Source: Halobacteriovoraceae bacterium
Lineage (GTDB): Bacteria > Bdellovibrionota > Bacteriovoracia > Bacteriovoracales > Bacteriovoracaceae
NCBI GenBank assembly: GCA_963719505.1
Contig: CAVRCF010000005.1
Coordinates: forward strand, 1,088,001-1,152,000
DNA length: 64,000 nt
Direction of reading: 5' to 3'
In this document: piece after piece, positions 39,436-49,625 of the stretch
How positions within the stretch are numbered: position 1 is the stretch's first letter
Layout: each line of letters starts with the position of its first letter
The notes under the pieces: model-generated
Databases searched by the model: none
Told to the model about the DNA's origin: nothing
Seen by the model: only the letters and a program-made list of their open reading frames with translations
Made by a program: the position numbers and the translations under genes

Positions 39436-40656
39436 CTACTGATTTTTATTAGCAAGAAAAGTCGTCAACTTCTCCATTGCCTCGGTAAAAGGAGCAATTT
39501 CTAATGTCATGCTCATCCTTGCTGAATTTGGAAATCCGAAAGCTGCTCCTGGAACCAAAGCCACACCAGTCTGATCAAGTATATTTTTCACAAGCTCCAC
39601 GGAATAGTCTTTATCCTTTGAGTACTTCTCCGAAATTGGCATCCGACTAAAATCGATAAAGTAGTAAAAAGCAGAAGTCGTCTGATACCAACAATGAGAA
39701 AGATTAACTAGCCTAAAGCTTTCGCGCACGATCTCCGCGCACTGTCTCAATTGAACCTTTACCTGATCTAGAAAATTTTCTAGGTTTTCAAAATCAAATT
39801 CTATCAATGACTTTTGAATGAGACTATTAGCGCCAGAAGTCGTTTGACTCTGAATCTTCGCCATGGCATCAATAAGTGGCTTTTGAGCCGCGCAATACCC
39901 GATTCTTAAGCCTGTACTGGCCAACGACTTTGAAATACCATCGATAATGACCGTCTGAGCAAGTAAAGAGCGATCGTACTGGTAAAAATAAGTTGGCTTC
40001 GGATCAAAATATGAAATTTCACTATAGATCTCATCGGAGACAACAATCAAATCGGGATGTTCTTTTAAAAAAATAGCAAAGTCTTTCATCCACGCATCGT
40101 CGTAATGAATTCCCGCTGGATTATTAGGAGAATTAACAAGAATAGCTTTTGTTTTATTTGTGACAGCTTTTCTAATTTCATCGATATGAGGCATAAAGCG
40201 GTCAAAGGCATTAGAGCCCACGACCTTTGGTTCCCCTCCCCAAAACTTAATCATCTCCGGGTACGAAACCCAGTACGGTGTGAGGAGTATAACCTCGTCC
40301 CCGGGGTTGAGAATGGATCCAAAGAGATTGTACAAACAATGCTTTGATCCATTGCTGACGATAACACCAAAGTCCACTCCTAAGTCATCAAAAGATATTC
40401 CTCTTTTCTTTTCAATATGAGTCTTGATTTTTGAAGTGAGTTCTGGAAATCCTCTGACGGGACTGTACTGGTAACTTTTAAGAAAATTGAGTTGAGTTGA
40501 AACAACATGAATAAACTCACTGCTTGGTTTAAAAGGCAACTGACCTGCTGTCAGGTTATAAATATGCTGTCCACCCTTTGCCAGTTTATTAATCTGATCA
40601 TTGACTGATAAAGTGATGCTCTCTTTGGCACTTTCAACTCTTACGCTTAACTTCAT
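39436..40656 (-). CDS. PLP-dependent class I/II aminotransferase (aspartate aminotransferase-like)
   Basis: PYWVSY, NSPNNPAG, SDEIY, DGISKSLASTGLRIGY. Confidence 0.92.
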   Translation of the reverse strand: MKLSVRVESAKESITLSVNDQINKLAKGGQHIYNLTAGQLPFKPSSEFIHVVSTQLNFLKSYQYSPVRGFPELTSKIKTHIEKKRGISFDDLGVDFGVIVSNGSKHCLYNLFGSILNPGDEVILLTPYWVSYPEMIKFWGGEPKVVGSNAFDRFMPHIDEIRKAVTNKTKAILVNSPNNPAGIHYDDAWMKDFAIFLKEHPDLIVVSDEIYSEISYFDPKPTYFYQYDRSLLAQTVIIDGISKSLASTGLRIGYCAAQKPLIDAMAKIQSQTTSGANSLIQKSLIEFDFENLENFLDQVKVQLRQCAEIVRESFRLVNLSHCWYQTTSAFYYFIDFSRMPISEKYSKDKDYSVELVKNILDQTGVALVPGAAFGFPNSARMSMTLEIAPFTEAMEKLTTFLANKNQ

Positions 40657-40681
40657 GCTTACCTTTTTTAAAAACTAATTC

Positions 40682-41275
40682 TTAGTTTATATTGTAGTCG
40701 TAAAGAAACAAAAAGCTAGTCCCCTGTCTAAAGGATCTTGAGGGTTCCCCAAATAATGAATAAAAATCCAACTCTGGCATCGTCTTTTGACGACATGCTT
40801 CTATGATCGCTAGCCCTTTGAAGTCTGAGTCTAATATTTTCTTAAAAAATAACTTATATAAATCAATTTTCTCATAAGGTGGATCAAAGTAGATAAAGAC
40901 TCTTGTCTTTTCCAAAGCGTCGAGCTCAGCGTAAAAAGATTTAAACTTTTGAAACCAAATTCCAAAGTCTTCTTTGCTAATATCGATGGGATGACGAGGA
41001 AACTTTGATAAAAAATTTTCAGTATTTTTCTTCAAGACTCTAAAAACTTTTTCGCTTTTTTCTATACACAAAACAGGGTTTGCTCCCCTTGAGGAGGCTT
41101 CAATCCCTATGGAGCCTGAACCCGCGCAAAGATCGATAAAGTAAATACCATCAAGTTTTTGGTAAGAGTCAAAAAATCTTCTTCTTAAGAGGACTGAGGT
41201 CGGTCTAGTGAGATTTTCAGGGGGAACATCGAGACTAAAGCCTCGGGCAACTCCCCCTAATATTTTTAAAGACAT
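40682..41275 (-). CDS. rsmD: RsmD-family 16S rRNA m2G966 methyltransferase
   Basis: ILGGVARG, TRPT, DLCAGSGSIGIEASSRGA, FDPPY. Confidence 0.88.
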   Translation of the reverse strand: MSLKILGGVARGFSLDVPPENLTRPTSVLLRRRFFDSYQKLDGIYFIDLCAGSGSIGIEASSRGANPVLCIEKSEKVFRVLKKNTENFLSKFPRHPIDISKEDFGIWFQKFKSFYAELDALEKTRVFIYFDPPYEKIDLYKLFFKKILDSDFKGLAIIEACRQKTMPELDFYSLFGEPSRSFRQGTSFLFLYDYNIN

Positions 41276-41278
41276 TTA

Positions 41279-41773
41279 TTAAGCAACTTTTTTAACTGTA
41301 CTCGCTTGCCCTACAGGAAGAGTAAACTTTGCTCCACCCTCTAGCTCAATCTCAAATCCATTGTCGCTTATTTGAAGGCTCACTTCTGAACCATTAATCG
41401 AAAAAGAAAGCTCCATCTGCATATCGCCTTCAATTTTAAAATTCATAGCCGTGTTATTGGCAGAAGTTTTTGGTGAAGGTGTAAAAGGTGTTTTCTCTAA
41501 ATTAACTATATTGTGATGAGAATCATCATCAAATTTTTCAATTTTTTGTTGAGGTACTACTGATTCAACTGGCATCTTTGCCACTTGGTCCAGCAGGCTA
41601 TGTTCAGCAGAAGACTCTCTTTCCTCTTCATCTAAACTTGCAACTGATTCAGCTACTTCCTCTAGGCTAGGTTCGTGATCTTCGTCATTACCGTTATCTG
41701 AAAATTCTTTCTCAAGACTTTCTATCTCATTCATGATGTCTTCAAGTTCATCATCGTTGAATCCCTTATCCAT
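41279..41773 (-). CDS. Acidic hypothetical protein
   Basis: AGGAGA RBS; 164 aa. Confidence 0.75.
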   Translation of the reverse strand: MDKGFNDDELEDIMNEIESLEKEFSDNGNDEDHEPSLEEVAESVASLDEEERESSAEHSLLDQVAKMPVESVVPQQKIEKFDDDSHHNIVNLEKTPFTPSPKTSANNTAMNFKIEGDMQMELSFSINGSEVSLQISDNGFEIELEGGAKFTLPVGQASTVKKVA

Positions 41774-41850
41774 TTGACTCTCCTAGTTACTGGTCAATAA
41801 TTACTGTTGTGAGTTAGAGAGCTAACTCTCTAAAATTCTATACGCAGTAC

Positions 41851-41878
41851 CTATCGAATAGAATTAACGCAAACTTAA
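41851..41878 (-). promoter_or_regulatory. Candidate sigma28 promoter
   Basis: Minus strand TTAAG-N15-TTCGATAG. Confidence 0.5.
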
Positions 41879-42004
41879 GTAAATTTTGCGTATGTAAGTT
41901 TTTAGTTTTTTAATGACAATTCTTGCCTATCTCGGTACTAATACCTTCCACAACACAGAGATAACCAACTAATTTTATTTAAATTTTTTGGAGAGAGAGG
42001 ATAA

Positions 42005-44833
42005 TTGAATAAGAAGGGCTTCAATGCCAATAACTGGTTCCAGGCGGACCCAGATGGCGGCAAATCGAATTCATTCACAAACAAAGACTTAAGTAAGTAC
42101 ATAAGTCCTATAACTGAACCCTCTGCATTTCAGAATAAAGACCTCTACCAAACAGATTCCAATTCAAGCTTAAACAAGTTTTTTACTCCCGGTTGGAAGG
42201 GTGAATCTCTTATTTCAAAAGATGTTAAGAAGTTTCTGTCGGCACTTATCGCAATCCATAAAGATGTCAAAGACGAGATCTACAAACAGCGCCTGAGTAA
42301 TAAAGTTAGAATGGGTATTTTTGATGAGTTTATCTCCTATGCTGATTGCAAAGCCATTCACTTCACAGGAATAGACGACCCTCAAACACTTTGGAGCGAG
42401 ATCCAAAATCAAGACTCAAAATACAAAGCTGAGATCGACAGATTCGTAGAGGTTTACACCTTTAGAATTGCTGTCATATTTATTCTTAAAATAAGGTTCA
42501 TTAGCGTCCTTTTGAAAAAGACAAACCAAGAATTTGATATCAATAAGCTTGTGTACCCCAATTCATTTTTAACCGGTGTTTTTAAACAAGGTGGTTCTAA
42601 AGAATTGAAATCCAAAGCTTTAGAACAAAATATTTTTAGTTGGTATCGTCCAAATGATCATCTAACAGATAAACTGATATCTCTTTACGATATCTGTAAT
42701 ACTTTGAGCATTACTGAGATTATTAAAAATATTTCAATCGAATCTGAAAAGATAATGGATAAGAAAACTCACTACTCTCATGCTTTGTCTCATAAGAATT
42801 TTGGGCTTTTTGTAAACTCTCTTCTTATCAACTTTCCTCTTTGGCTAAATAACTTTAATAATCGATTTAACTCACCGTTCATTTTGCCAAAAGATGGAAT
42901 GGAAGTTATCAGCTGTAAGTTTGATGGTGATTTTTTAGAGTCACTATCTCTGTCTCACTGGCTCGCTCAAGAAAACAATAAAAATATTCAATGGGATCAA
43001 ATCCTTTGTCCCGATTTTAAAAGCACCGGTTTTGAAAATGGCCCTTACATGAGCCTTGTCAATGAGCTGCAGTTCCTCACCTTTTTGGCCCAAATTGCTA
43101 ACAACCAAGGAAGAGAGACAACACAGTTTATCTCAAACGTCGCCTCGGGGCACTTGAGCAATAGGAAAAACTCTAACTCCCTTCAAAGAAATATGCTTTT
43201 TAACGAATTGTCACTTAATCAATCAACTTACGATCGAGTGATTATTAATGTTAGTGATTTTCCGAAAAGGAATATTCAGCATTACCTCATCAATAAAATT
43301 GAATCCCAAGCAGATTGTTTAAAAGAAAACGGTCTCATTTACCTTTTCAGCTCCAAGAGACTTTTTGTTGATAGCCAAAAAGACAAAATTGACTCTCTTT
43401 TAACCAAGTATAAACTAGAAGGTTCTTTTGACTTAGAAGAGCTTAAAGGAAAGGGAGAGGTTGGCTCTCATATTTATATTTTTTCAAAAGCTAAGCATTT
43501 TGAAAGAATGAATAATCATAATTCAAAGCAGTCTTGTTTTAATTTTAGAATGAATGGAAATTTAAACTCTTTTCAGTATTTCAATGTTTTAACGATGCTT
43601 CTTCAAGATTTCTTTTTTGCAAACCTAAATGATATCCCTTCAATGTATCACAAAGAGATGAATGGCTTTGAAATCGAGTTTTTTCAAGATGCCATTGTTG
43701 ATGGTCGACTTATTCATTCATCATCAAAAGATTCGTCAAAAATAACACACCCACTTTTCTTCAACAATTTAATGAAGTCATGTGAAGCCTTCGACTACTT
43801 TTTTGATATTCAAGCATCTAACTTAGAGAACAATAACCATTACAAAGAAGAACCTATTTTTGCGATGACAAATGTCTCTAGAGATAAAGCTCCCTTTGTT
43901 GCTATCGTCGATAACAGGGCAAAAGATAGTTCTGTGAAAGTTGAGATCATTCACTCCAGTGGACTAGAAGCAAAAGCCTATGAATACGGACACAGTATGT
44001 GTCACTATTTTGATATCACTCCAAAGTGGCCACATATGGATTTAAATGCCATTAGAGATTTTATCGAAAGTGCTATTGGAGCACAAATTGTTGATCTTAC
44101 TTTTAACAATGAAGCTCGTAAGGCAAAAGCAAACTTGTCGAAACTTCTTATTCCAAAGGTTTTCAGCACATCTGATAAAATACCAGAGCATATAGAACAA
44201 GGGGTTAAACTTCTCTGTTCAAGTGCTGAAGAAATACTAAACCTTCATCCATCAAATATTGAAAAGCAATTTACATTTATTGAAAGAATGATTGGAGATC
44301 TGGCCAAAACTTATCCAATGGATACTATCTCTAAGCTTTCACATTTTAAAAGAAGTATCTCCCAGTGTATTGATGTACTCGGAATAAAAAAGAAAAGAAG
44401 TGTCGTCAACTTTAATAATCCAATTATAAGAACACCTCTTCTTCTATCTAAAACATCACCTCTTTATCCTTCAAATAAAGATGTTTATTTTGAATTCAAT
44501 TCAGATGTAAGGGCGACGATTTCAAAAGTAGTTCAAAAGTCAGTAGAAGAAGATGGATTCACTAGAGAGATTCTCGAGCTACACAGTGAAGAAGAACTCA
44601 TCCTCACGATTGATTCGGGAGTAGAGATGATTCAGTTTTTAAGTTTTATCTTTGAATCTTGTAAAGGTGCTCAGGTATCTAATATTCTCCAATCCATTGA
44701 GATCCCAAGTTTAACCGACCTCCAAAGTATAATTAAGTCTTTTGAGTCAATGAAGCGCACGCTTGTTAGCATTGTTGACAAGACCACACCACTACTTGAA
44801 AGAACTCTTACCCAAACGATCACAAGAAAATAA
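42005..44833 (+). CDS. Large protein resembling a degenerate Type IIG / N6-adenine DNA methyltransferase scaffold
   Basis: 942-aa intact ORF with ordered echoes of MTase motifs but no NPPY or DPxxGxG (see findings). The CDS is secure; the family call is tentative. Confidence 0.5.
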   Translation: MNKKGFNANNWFQADPDGGKSNSFTNKDLSKYISPITEPSAFQNKDLYQTDSNSSLNKFFTPGWKGESLISKDVKKFLSALIAIHKDVKDEIYKQRLSNKVRMGIFDEFISYADCKAIHFTGIDDPQTLWSEIQNQDSKYKAEIDRFVEVYTFRIAVIFILKIRFISVLLKKTNQEFDINKLVYPNSFLTGVFKQGGSKELKSKALEQNIFSWYRPNDHLTDKLISLYDICNTLSITEIIKNISIESEKIMDKKTHYSHALSHKNFGLFVNSLLINFPLWLNNFNNRFNSPFILPKDGMEVISCKFDGDFLESLSLSHWLAQENNKNIQWDQILCPDFKSTGFENGPYMSLVNELQFLTFLAQIANNQGRETTQFISNVASGHLSNRKNSNSLQRNMLFNELSLNQSTYDRVIINVSDFPKRNIQHYLINKIESQADCLKENGLIYLFSSKRLFVDSQKDKIDSLLTKYKLEGSFDLEELKGKGEVGSHIYIFSKAKHFERMNNHNSKQSCFNFRMNGNLNSFQYFNVLTMLLQDFFFANLNDIPSMYHKEMNGFEIEFFQDAIVDGRLIHSSSKDSSKITHPLFFNNLMKSCEAFDYFFDIQASNLENNNHYKEEPIFAMTNVSRDKAPFVAIVDNRAKDSSVKVEIIHSSGLEAKAYEYGHSMCHYFDITPKWPHMDLNAIRDFIESAIGAQIVDLTFNNEARKAKANLSKLLIPKVFSTSDKIPEHIEQGVKLLCSSAEEILNLHPSNIEKQFTFIERMIGDLAKTYPMDTISKLSHFKRSISQCIDVLGIKKKRSVVNFNNPIIRTPLLLSKTSPLYPSNKDVYFEFNSDVRATISKVVQKSVEEDGFTREILELHSEEELILTIDSGVEMIQFLSFIFESCKGAQVSNILQSIEIPSLTDLQSIIKSFESMKRTLVSIVDKTTPLLERTLTQTITRK

Positions 44834-44884
44834 AATTCCCCTATTTTTCACATTTCTATTAGAATAAAACTGAGGTTCTACAAC

Positions 44885-46489
44885 GTGAAAAATGAAATTC
44901 TCGAACTGAGAAGAAGAATTTTTAAATACTTAAAACATAAAGCTTTAAGCTTTGAAGGCGAAGTCTCGCACGAGATGGTAATGTATCGCTTTGATCAAAC
45001 TCGTTACGCAAAAAGACCATTTGAAGAGACTACGATTGATGAGCTCAAGGCAAAAGTTTCTGCTGCAGATACTATCTATCTTGGTGACTTTCACACCTTT
45101 GACCAAAATATTCGAAATGTTCTTAGAATCATCAAAGTTATTTTAAAGTCTGAAGGTAAATGTGTTCTGGCCCTTGAAATGGTAAGTGCAGACTTTCAGT
45201 TTTATATTGATACTTATATGCAAGGTCATATCACAGACTTGGAGTTTTTAGAGTCTATCGACTACAACGAGTCTTGGCGCTTTCCATGGAGTCATTACAA
45301 GCTGATCTTTGAATTAGCCAAAGAAAACAATATTAAGATTATTGGTCTCAATACACAAGGTAGTCTGAAGCAAAGAGATCAATTTGCAGCAAAGCTAATT
45401 GATATGTCTCTCAAGAAAGATAAGGACACGAAAGTTCTCGTCCTCTATGGAGAACTGCATCTCACTCCCAATAAAATTCCAATGATGGTTTCTGGAAAAA
45501 ATAAAGACATAAAATCAGTTATTATTCACCAGAACCTAGACGAGGTTTATTGGAAGCAAGTCGAGTTGAATCAAGAAAGTAAAGTGGTAAAGTTTGATGA
45601 ATCAGAGTATTGCATCAACTCCGCTCCCCCGTGGATAAAGTACGAAAGTATGATCTATTGGTATGAGAATGTTTCCTCTGATCCTGACTTTGATATCCAT
45701 GAATATATTATTGAAAATGGTAAAAAAATTTTTGGCGATGACACCCATGAAAACTTTTTTCTTATTTGCCAAGAAATGATTAGTGCCATCCATATAGACT
45801 TTGACTCTGATGATCTAGAAGACTTTAATCTTCATGACCATACCAGCTTGGAGTATGTTGAAGACAAAGTTATCTCTCTGAAGTCGAAGGTGCTTGTCCA
45901 GTTTTACAACTATCTGTTTGAAACAGGCCAATCTTTTAAGCTACCTGATCAAACCACATTCTATTGCTCTAGCTATTCAATGAACAGGATCTCTTATCTT
46001 GCTGGAATTCACATCTTTCACTATTTTTTTCAAAAGAAAAATTCTCCCGTTAAAAATATTCTCAAAGACGGCTCGAACTCCGATCAATTTCTTCTTTTTT
46101 GCCTTGAAGGTCTTTTTGGTTTCTTCTTTTCAAAAGTTATTAATCCTCACAGGAAATGTGAGATGTATCTTGATCTAAGACAAAAGGTCTCGGTTGGCGA
46201 AGAAGTTTCAAGCAAGAATCTTTCTCATATTGCCGCCGATATTCTCGACGGAGAGAGTTTAAAGACAGCTCTCGAGAGCCTAAACTTAAGCCGTATCCAC
46301 GAAGTTTCACTTCACGTTGGGCATATCCTTGGTGAGTACCTATATGAAAACATCTTTAATCAAAAGAAAAGTGTCGATTTAGAAAACGACTTTCTGAATA
46401 CGAATCTTTGTGAGTTTCAATTCTCCAAGATGAAATCTATTCTTCTTAAAGATATTCCATATCAAGAGCACCAAAAAAGGTATTTCTAG
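44885..46489 (+). CDS. ChaN/EreA-like domain protein with C-terminal extension
   Basis: IYLGDFHT, LALEMV, WRFPWSHYKLIFELAKENNIKIIGLN, VLYGELHL. Confidence 0.7.
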   Translation: MKNEILELRRRIFKYLKHKALSFEGEVSHEMVMYRFDQTRYAKRPFEETTIDELKAKVSAADTIYLGDFHTFDQNIRNVLRIIKVILKSEGKCVLALEMVSADFQFYIDTYMQGHITDLEFLESIDYNESWRFPWSHYKLIFELAKENNIKIIGLNTQGSLKQRDQFAAKLIDMSLKKDKDTKVLVLYGELHLTPNKIPMMVSGKNKDIKSVIIHQNLDEVYWKQVELNQESKVVKFDESEYCINSAPPWIKYESMIYWYENVSSDPDFDIHEYIIENGKKIFGDDTHENFFLICQEMISAIHIDFDSDDLEDFNLHDHTSLEYVEDKVISLKSKVLVQFYNYLFETGQSFKLPDQTTFYCSSYSMNRISYLAGIHIFHYFFQKKNSPVKNILKDGSNSDQFLLFCLEGLFGFFFSKVINPHRKCEMYLDLRQKVSVGEEVSSKNLSHIAADILDGESLKTALESLNLSRIHEVSLHVGHILGEYLYENIFNQKKSVDLENDFLNTNLCEFQFSKMKSILLKDIPYQEHQKRYF

Positions 46490-46926
46490 TGAAAATTCTC
46501 ATTCAAAGAGTTTTAAAATGTGACGTTACTATTGATAAACAATTGTATTCCTCAATAGACAAAGGATTACTCCTCTATATCTGCTTTGAGAGTGAAGACA
46601 AAATCGAGGTAATCGATAAAGCCATCAATAAAATTCTGGCCCTTCGGATTTTTGAAGATGACGAGGGAAAAATGAATCAAAATATTATTCAAAAAGACTT
46701 TTCTCTTATGTCTGTAAGCCAATTCACTCTCAGCTGGAATGGCCAAAAGGGAAATAGACCAAGTTTTGAAAATTCTATGAAACCTGATGATGCCTCAAAA
46801 TTTTATGAGCTTTTCAATAATAAGTTACAAGAGAAATTTGGTAATATGGAATCGGGTGTCTTTGGAGCCGACATGAAAGTAAGCTCCATTAACGATGGAC
46901 CGGTGACATTTTTTCTTTCGTTTTAA
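46489..46926 (+). CDS. dtd: D-aminoacyl-tRNA deacylase
   Basis: IQRV, LRIFEDDEGKMN, SQFTL, GNRPSF, FGADMKV, NDGPVT. Confidence 0.96.
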   Translation: MKILIQRVLKCDVTIDKQLYSSIDKGLLLYICFESEDKIEVIDKAINKILALRIFEDDEGKMNQNIIQKDFSLMSVSQFTLSWNGQKGNRPSFENSMKPDDASKFYELFNNKLQEKFGNMESGVFGADMKVSSINDGPVTFFLSF

Positions 46927-48272
46927 AGTCCTGCATTTAAAGATCTGAGGATATCCTTTTTTGATCCCTTGACTACTTTTGACACAACCTTTTGATTCTT
47001 CACGACTTCAAAAAGAACTTCAATTTCAGATTCAATTTTATCCGAATCCAAATTCATTTTATTTGTGAGCTTTATACTTGCCGAAAGATCTTTTAACATC
47101 TCACTAACCAGTTGAAGATTTAAGTCGACCTCACTTTCGCTGGAGTCCCCTGAATTGATAAAATTTAACTCCTCAGCTGAGAAGTAATAATTCTTCATTT
47201 TTATTTTCAAATAAGCCGTCTCACCCAAGGCTTTTGTTTTTAGCCCGATAGCTTCAACACTTTCTCTGCTAGCAGCATAATTGAGAAGGTTGCATAAAGC
47301 TTGCTCAACAATCTCTGATTCGCCCCTTACAAAGAAGTCATCTTCTAGAGCTGTTTCTAACATAATCCCTCTTGAGAAGGCTTTCTGAGAAAGCCCATCA
47401 ATCGCAAGCGTCATTGCATTTTGATAATCTGTTGACGCTCTATAATCTTCAACGGGCTCACTATGGATAGGTGTCGTTGAATCCACATCAACACCGTCGT
47501 TGGACTCAAACTCCCTATAGGCTTTTTCAAGAAGATCGGAATGATAGCGATTAAACAAGGCATAGGTTTTTGGCATCTCTATTCTCGATAGGATGTTATC
47601 TAATGCTCTTTCAATATTGGCCGAAAGAAACTCGCTATTTGATGCCATAATTCTATCGGACTCTTCTTCGATTTTTCTAAAAAGACTCTTATTTTTAAAA
47701 CGGTTATAAAAACTCAGTCCCACCATGAGGAAAGCCACGATAACTCCGGCCATTGAAGCTCCAAACATCATCGTCGATGTCGATTTTTTTGATTCTACTC
47801 TACTCGCAATCTTTCCTTGTACTGATTCTTTTAAAGATTCTAATGATGAATATTTATTAATGATATTGGAACTACTCAAGTCTAAATCAGATCCCGAAGA
47901 TAATTTAAGAAGCTTGGTCGCTTTTTCATGAAACCAGTGGATGTCACTGTTTATCGCTGCTAAAGATCTTTTGCCATCAACAAAACTCGAGCCATAAACT
48001 GATCCAAACTGTTTCGATGCATAGTTAAAACAATCTGATGTTGTTGCCATAAAATCTTTTTGTAAATAACTAGAAGATAAGTCTTTTATCATCAATGCCG
48101 TAAAGGTTTGAGAAACTCTTTGAAAACAAGTTCCAATTCCGCTTGATAAGGACATCTGTTTCACAGCACTTTGACTTGCTAAATTTCCAGAGACGACAAG
48201 AGAGACCGTAGCTATGACGACCGCGCCCAGCATAATTTGAGCACCTTTTAGGTGAGACTTCAGATTCTTCAT
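46923..48272 (-). CDS. Membrane protein with periplasmic domain and degenerate HATPase-like tail
   Basis: Two TM helices; VRGESEIVEQALCNLLNYA is N-box-like; no H-box or G-boxes. Confidence 0.55.
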   Translation of the reverse strand: MKNLKSHLKGAQIMLGAVVIATVSLVVSGNLASQSAVKQMSLSSGIGTCFQRVSQTFTALMIKDLSSSYLQKDFMATTSDCFNYASKQFGSVYGSSFVDGKRSLAAINSDIHWFHEKATKLLKLSSGSDLDLSSSNIINKYSSLESLKESVQGKIASRVESKKSTSTMMFGASMAGVIVAFLMVGLSFYNRFKNKSLFRKIEEESDRIMASNSEFLSANIERALDNILSRIEMPKTYALFNRYHSDLLEKAYREFESNDGVDVDSTTPIHSEPVEDYRASTDYQNAMTLAIDGLSQKAFSRGIMLETALEDDFFVRGESEIVEQALCNLLNYAASRESVEAIGLKTKALGETAYLKIKMKNYYFSAEELNFINSGDSSESEVDLNLQLVSEMLKDLSASIKLTNKMNLDSDKIESEIEVLFEVVKNQKVVSKVVKGSKKDILRSLNAGL

Positions 48273-48489
48273 AAACCCTTCTTTTTTAAAATCCATTTTA
48301 AGAATGCCCCTCGTTTAAGAAACGTTTAGACATGGTGTAATTGTCGCAATATCCGGCTTTATTCGTCAAGCTAGGCAATTAATACTTTCGTGATTTTAAC
48401 AACTTAGCGGTAAAAAAGAAGATATTACAATGTGCGTCATTAGGACTATTCATTCATATATTAAAGACTTATAATAAAGGTGGAGAATA

Positions 48490-49308
48490 ATGAAAAAAAA
48501 TAGAAAGTACTTTCCCCTATTTATCCTTACCTCTTTGGCCATCCACTTGATGATCTTGGGCTTTTTTGAGTTAGAAATTAAAGACTCAAAAACATCCTCC
48601 GTTTTGAAAATTAGATCTATTCGACAAGTTGGAGAAGATGAAGGCGCTGATAAAAATCTCGTTTATCTACCACCGAAGATAAAAAGTAAAAAAGAGAAAC
48701 CTCAAAAAAGGAAACTTCAGACAAAGCAGTTGGCTCCTGACTTTGATCCCCTCTTAGCTAAAAGTAGAAAAGAGAGAGGACAAAAATCATCCAAAACAAG
48801 TGCTGTGAAAAGAGATAAAGCTATCAAATCAGTCTCTTTAGATAATTCAACTGTGAGCGCTTTTTTAAGGGGCACTCCTAATGCAAACAGTGCAAAAGAA
48901 TACCTTGAAGCCTTTGACAAAACTGAGTCTCTGGTCGCTCTTGAGGTTCCAAAGGGTATTAAGGAAAGTGAACTTAACAAACACGAGTTGGTTTTCTATA
49001 TGTTTCAAAAAAGGACAGCACAAACTTATATTAATTCGTTCTATAACAAGCTCAATGAGTTTAAACTAAAGAACCCACACCTTCGTTTTCCACTAACAGA
49101 GAAAAAAGAAAAAATGACTGGTCGAGTGGTCTATGACAAAGATGGAAACATCGTTCGAATCAATATGCTTGAATGGACAAATAAGGAGAAACTTCAAGAC
49201 TTCTTTTTAGATGTACTCCAAGAGATGTATTCTCTTCCGAACCCACCAAAGATGATCATCAAAGACGGACAGTTTACAGTTTTCTTTTCACTTACAGTAA
49301 ACAGTTAA
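48490..49308 (+). CDS. TonB C-terminal domain protein
   Basis: SLAIH TM anchor, Lys-rich linker, VYDKDGNIV...LPNPPK. Confidence 0.72.
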   Translation: MKKNRKYFPLFILTSLAIHLMILGFFELEIKDSKTSSVLKIRSIRQVGEDEGADKNLVYLPPKIKSKKEKPQKRKLQTKQLAPDFDPLLAKSRKERGQKSSKTSAVKRDKAIKSVSLDNSTVSAFLRGTPNANSAKEYLEAFDKTESLVALEVPKGIKESELNKHELVFYMFQKRTAQTYINSFYNKLNEFKLKNPHLRFPLTEKKEKMTGRVVYDKDGNIVRINMLEWTNKEKLQDFFLDVLQEMYSLPNPPKMIIKDGQFTVFFSLTVNS

Positions 49309-49313
49309 GTTTT

Positions 49314-49625
49314 TTAGAATTCAATAACAGTCTTTGTTAAAAACGCATATGTCTTTTGAGCCAGCGTCTTAGGTTTTTCAACCAAAAGAGATTCATTTAT
49401 ATCTTTAATTTCTTCCTCTAAAAGATAGCGCGCTTTCTTTGAGAGTTTCTCATCAGGAACCAGATCTAAGAAAAATTCATGGATTGACTTTTTTTCATTA
49501 AAGACTTTTAAAGCGGCTTCATCAGAAGCCAGAGCAGATTCAAACTCTTTGCGCTCTTTTACATCCATTCTCTGATCAAGATACGAGTTGATCATGGCAC
49601 TTGAAATAAGCTTAGTGTGTTGCAC
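49314..49625 (-). CDS. Anti-sigma-factor-like small protein
   Basis: GGAGG RBS then GTG at 49625; INSYLDQRMD..ERKEFESAL; overlaps the ECF-like gene. Confidence 0.55.
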   Translation of the reverse strand: MQHTKLISSAMINSYLDQRMDVKERKEFESALASDEAALKVFNEKKSIHEFFLDLVPDEKLSKKARYLLEEEIKDINESLLVEKPKTLAQKTYAFLTKTVIEF

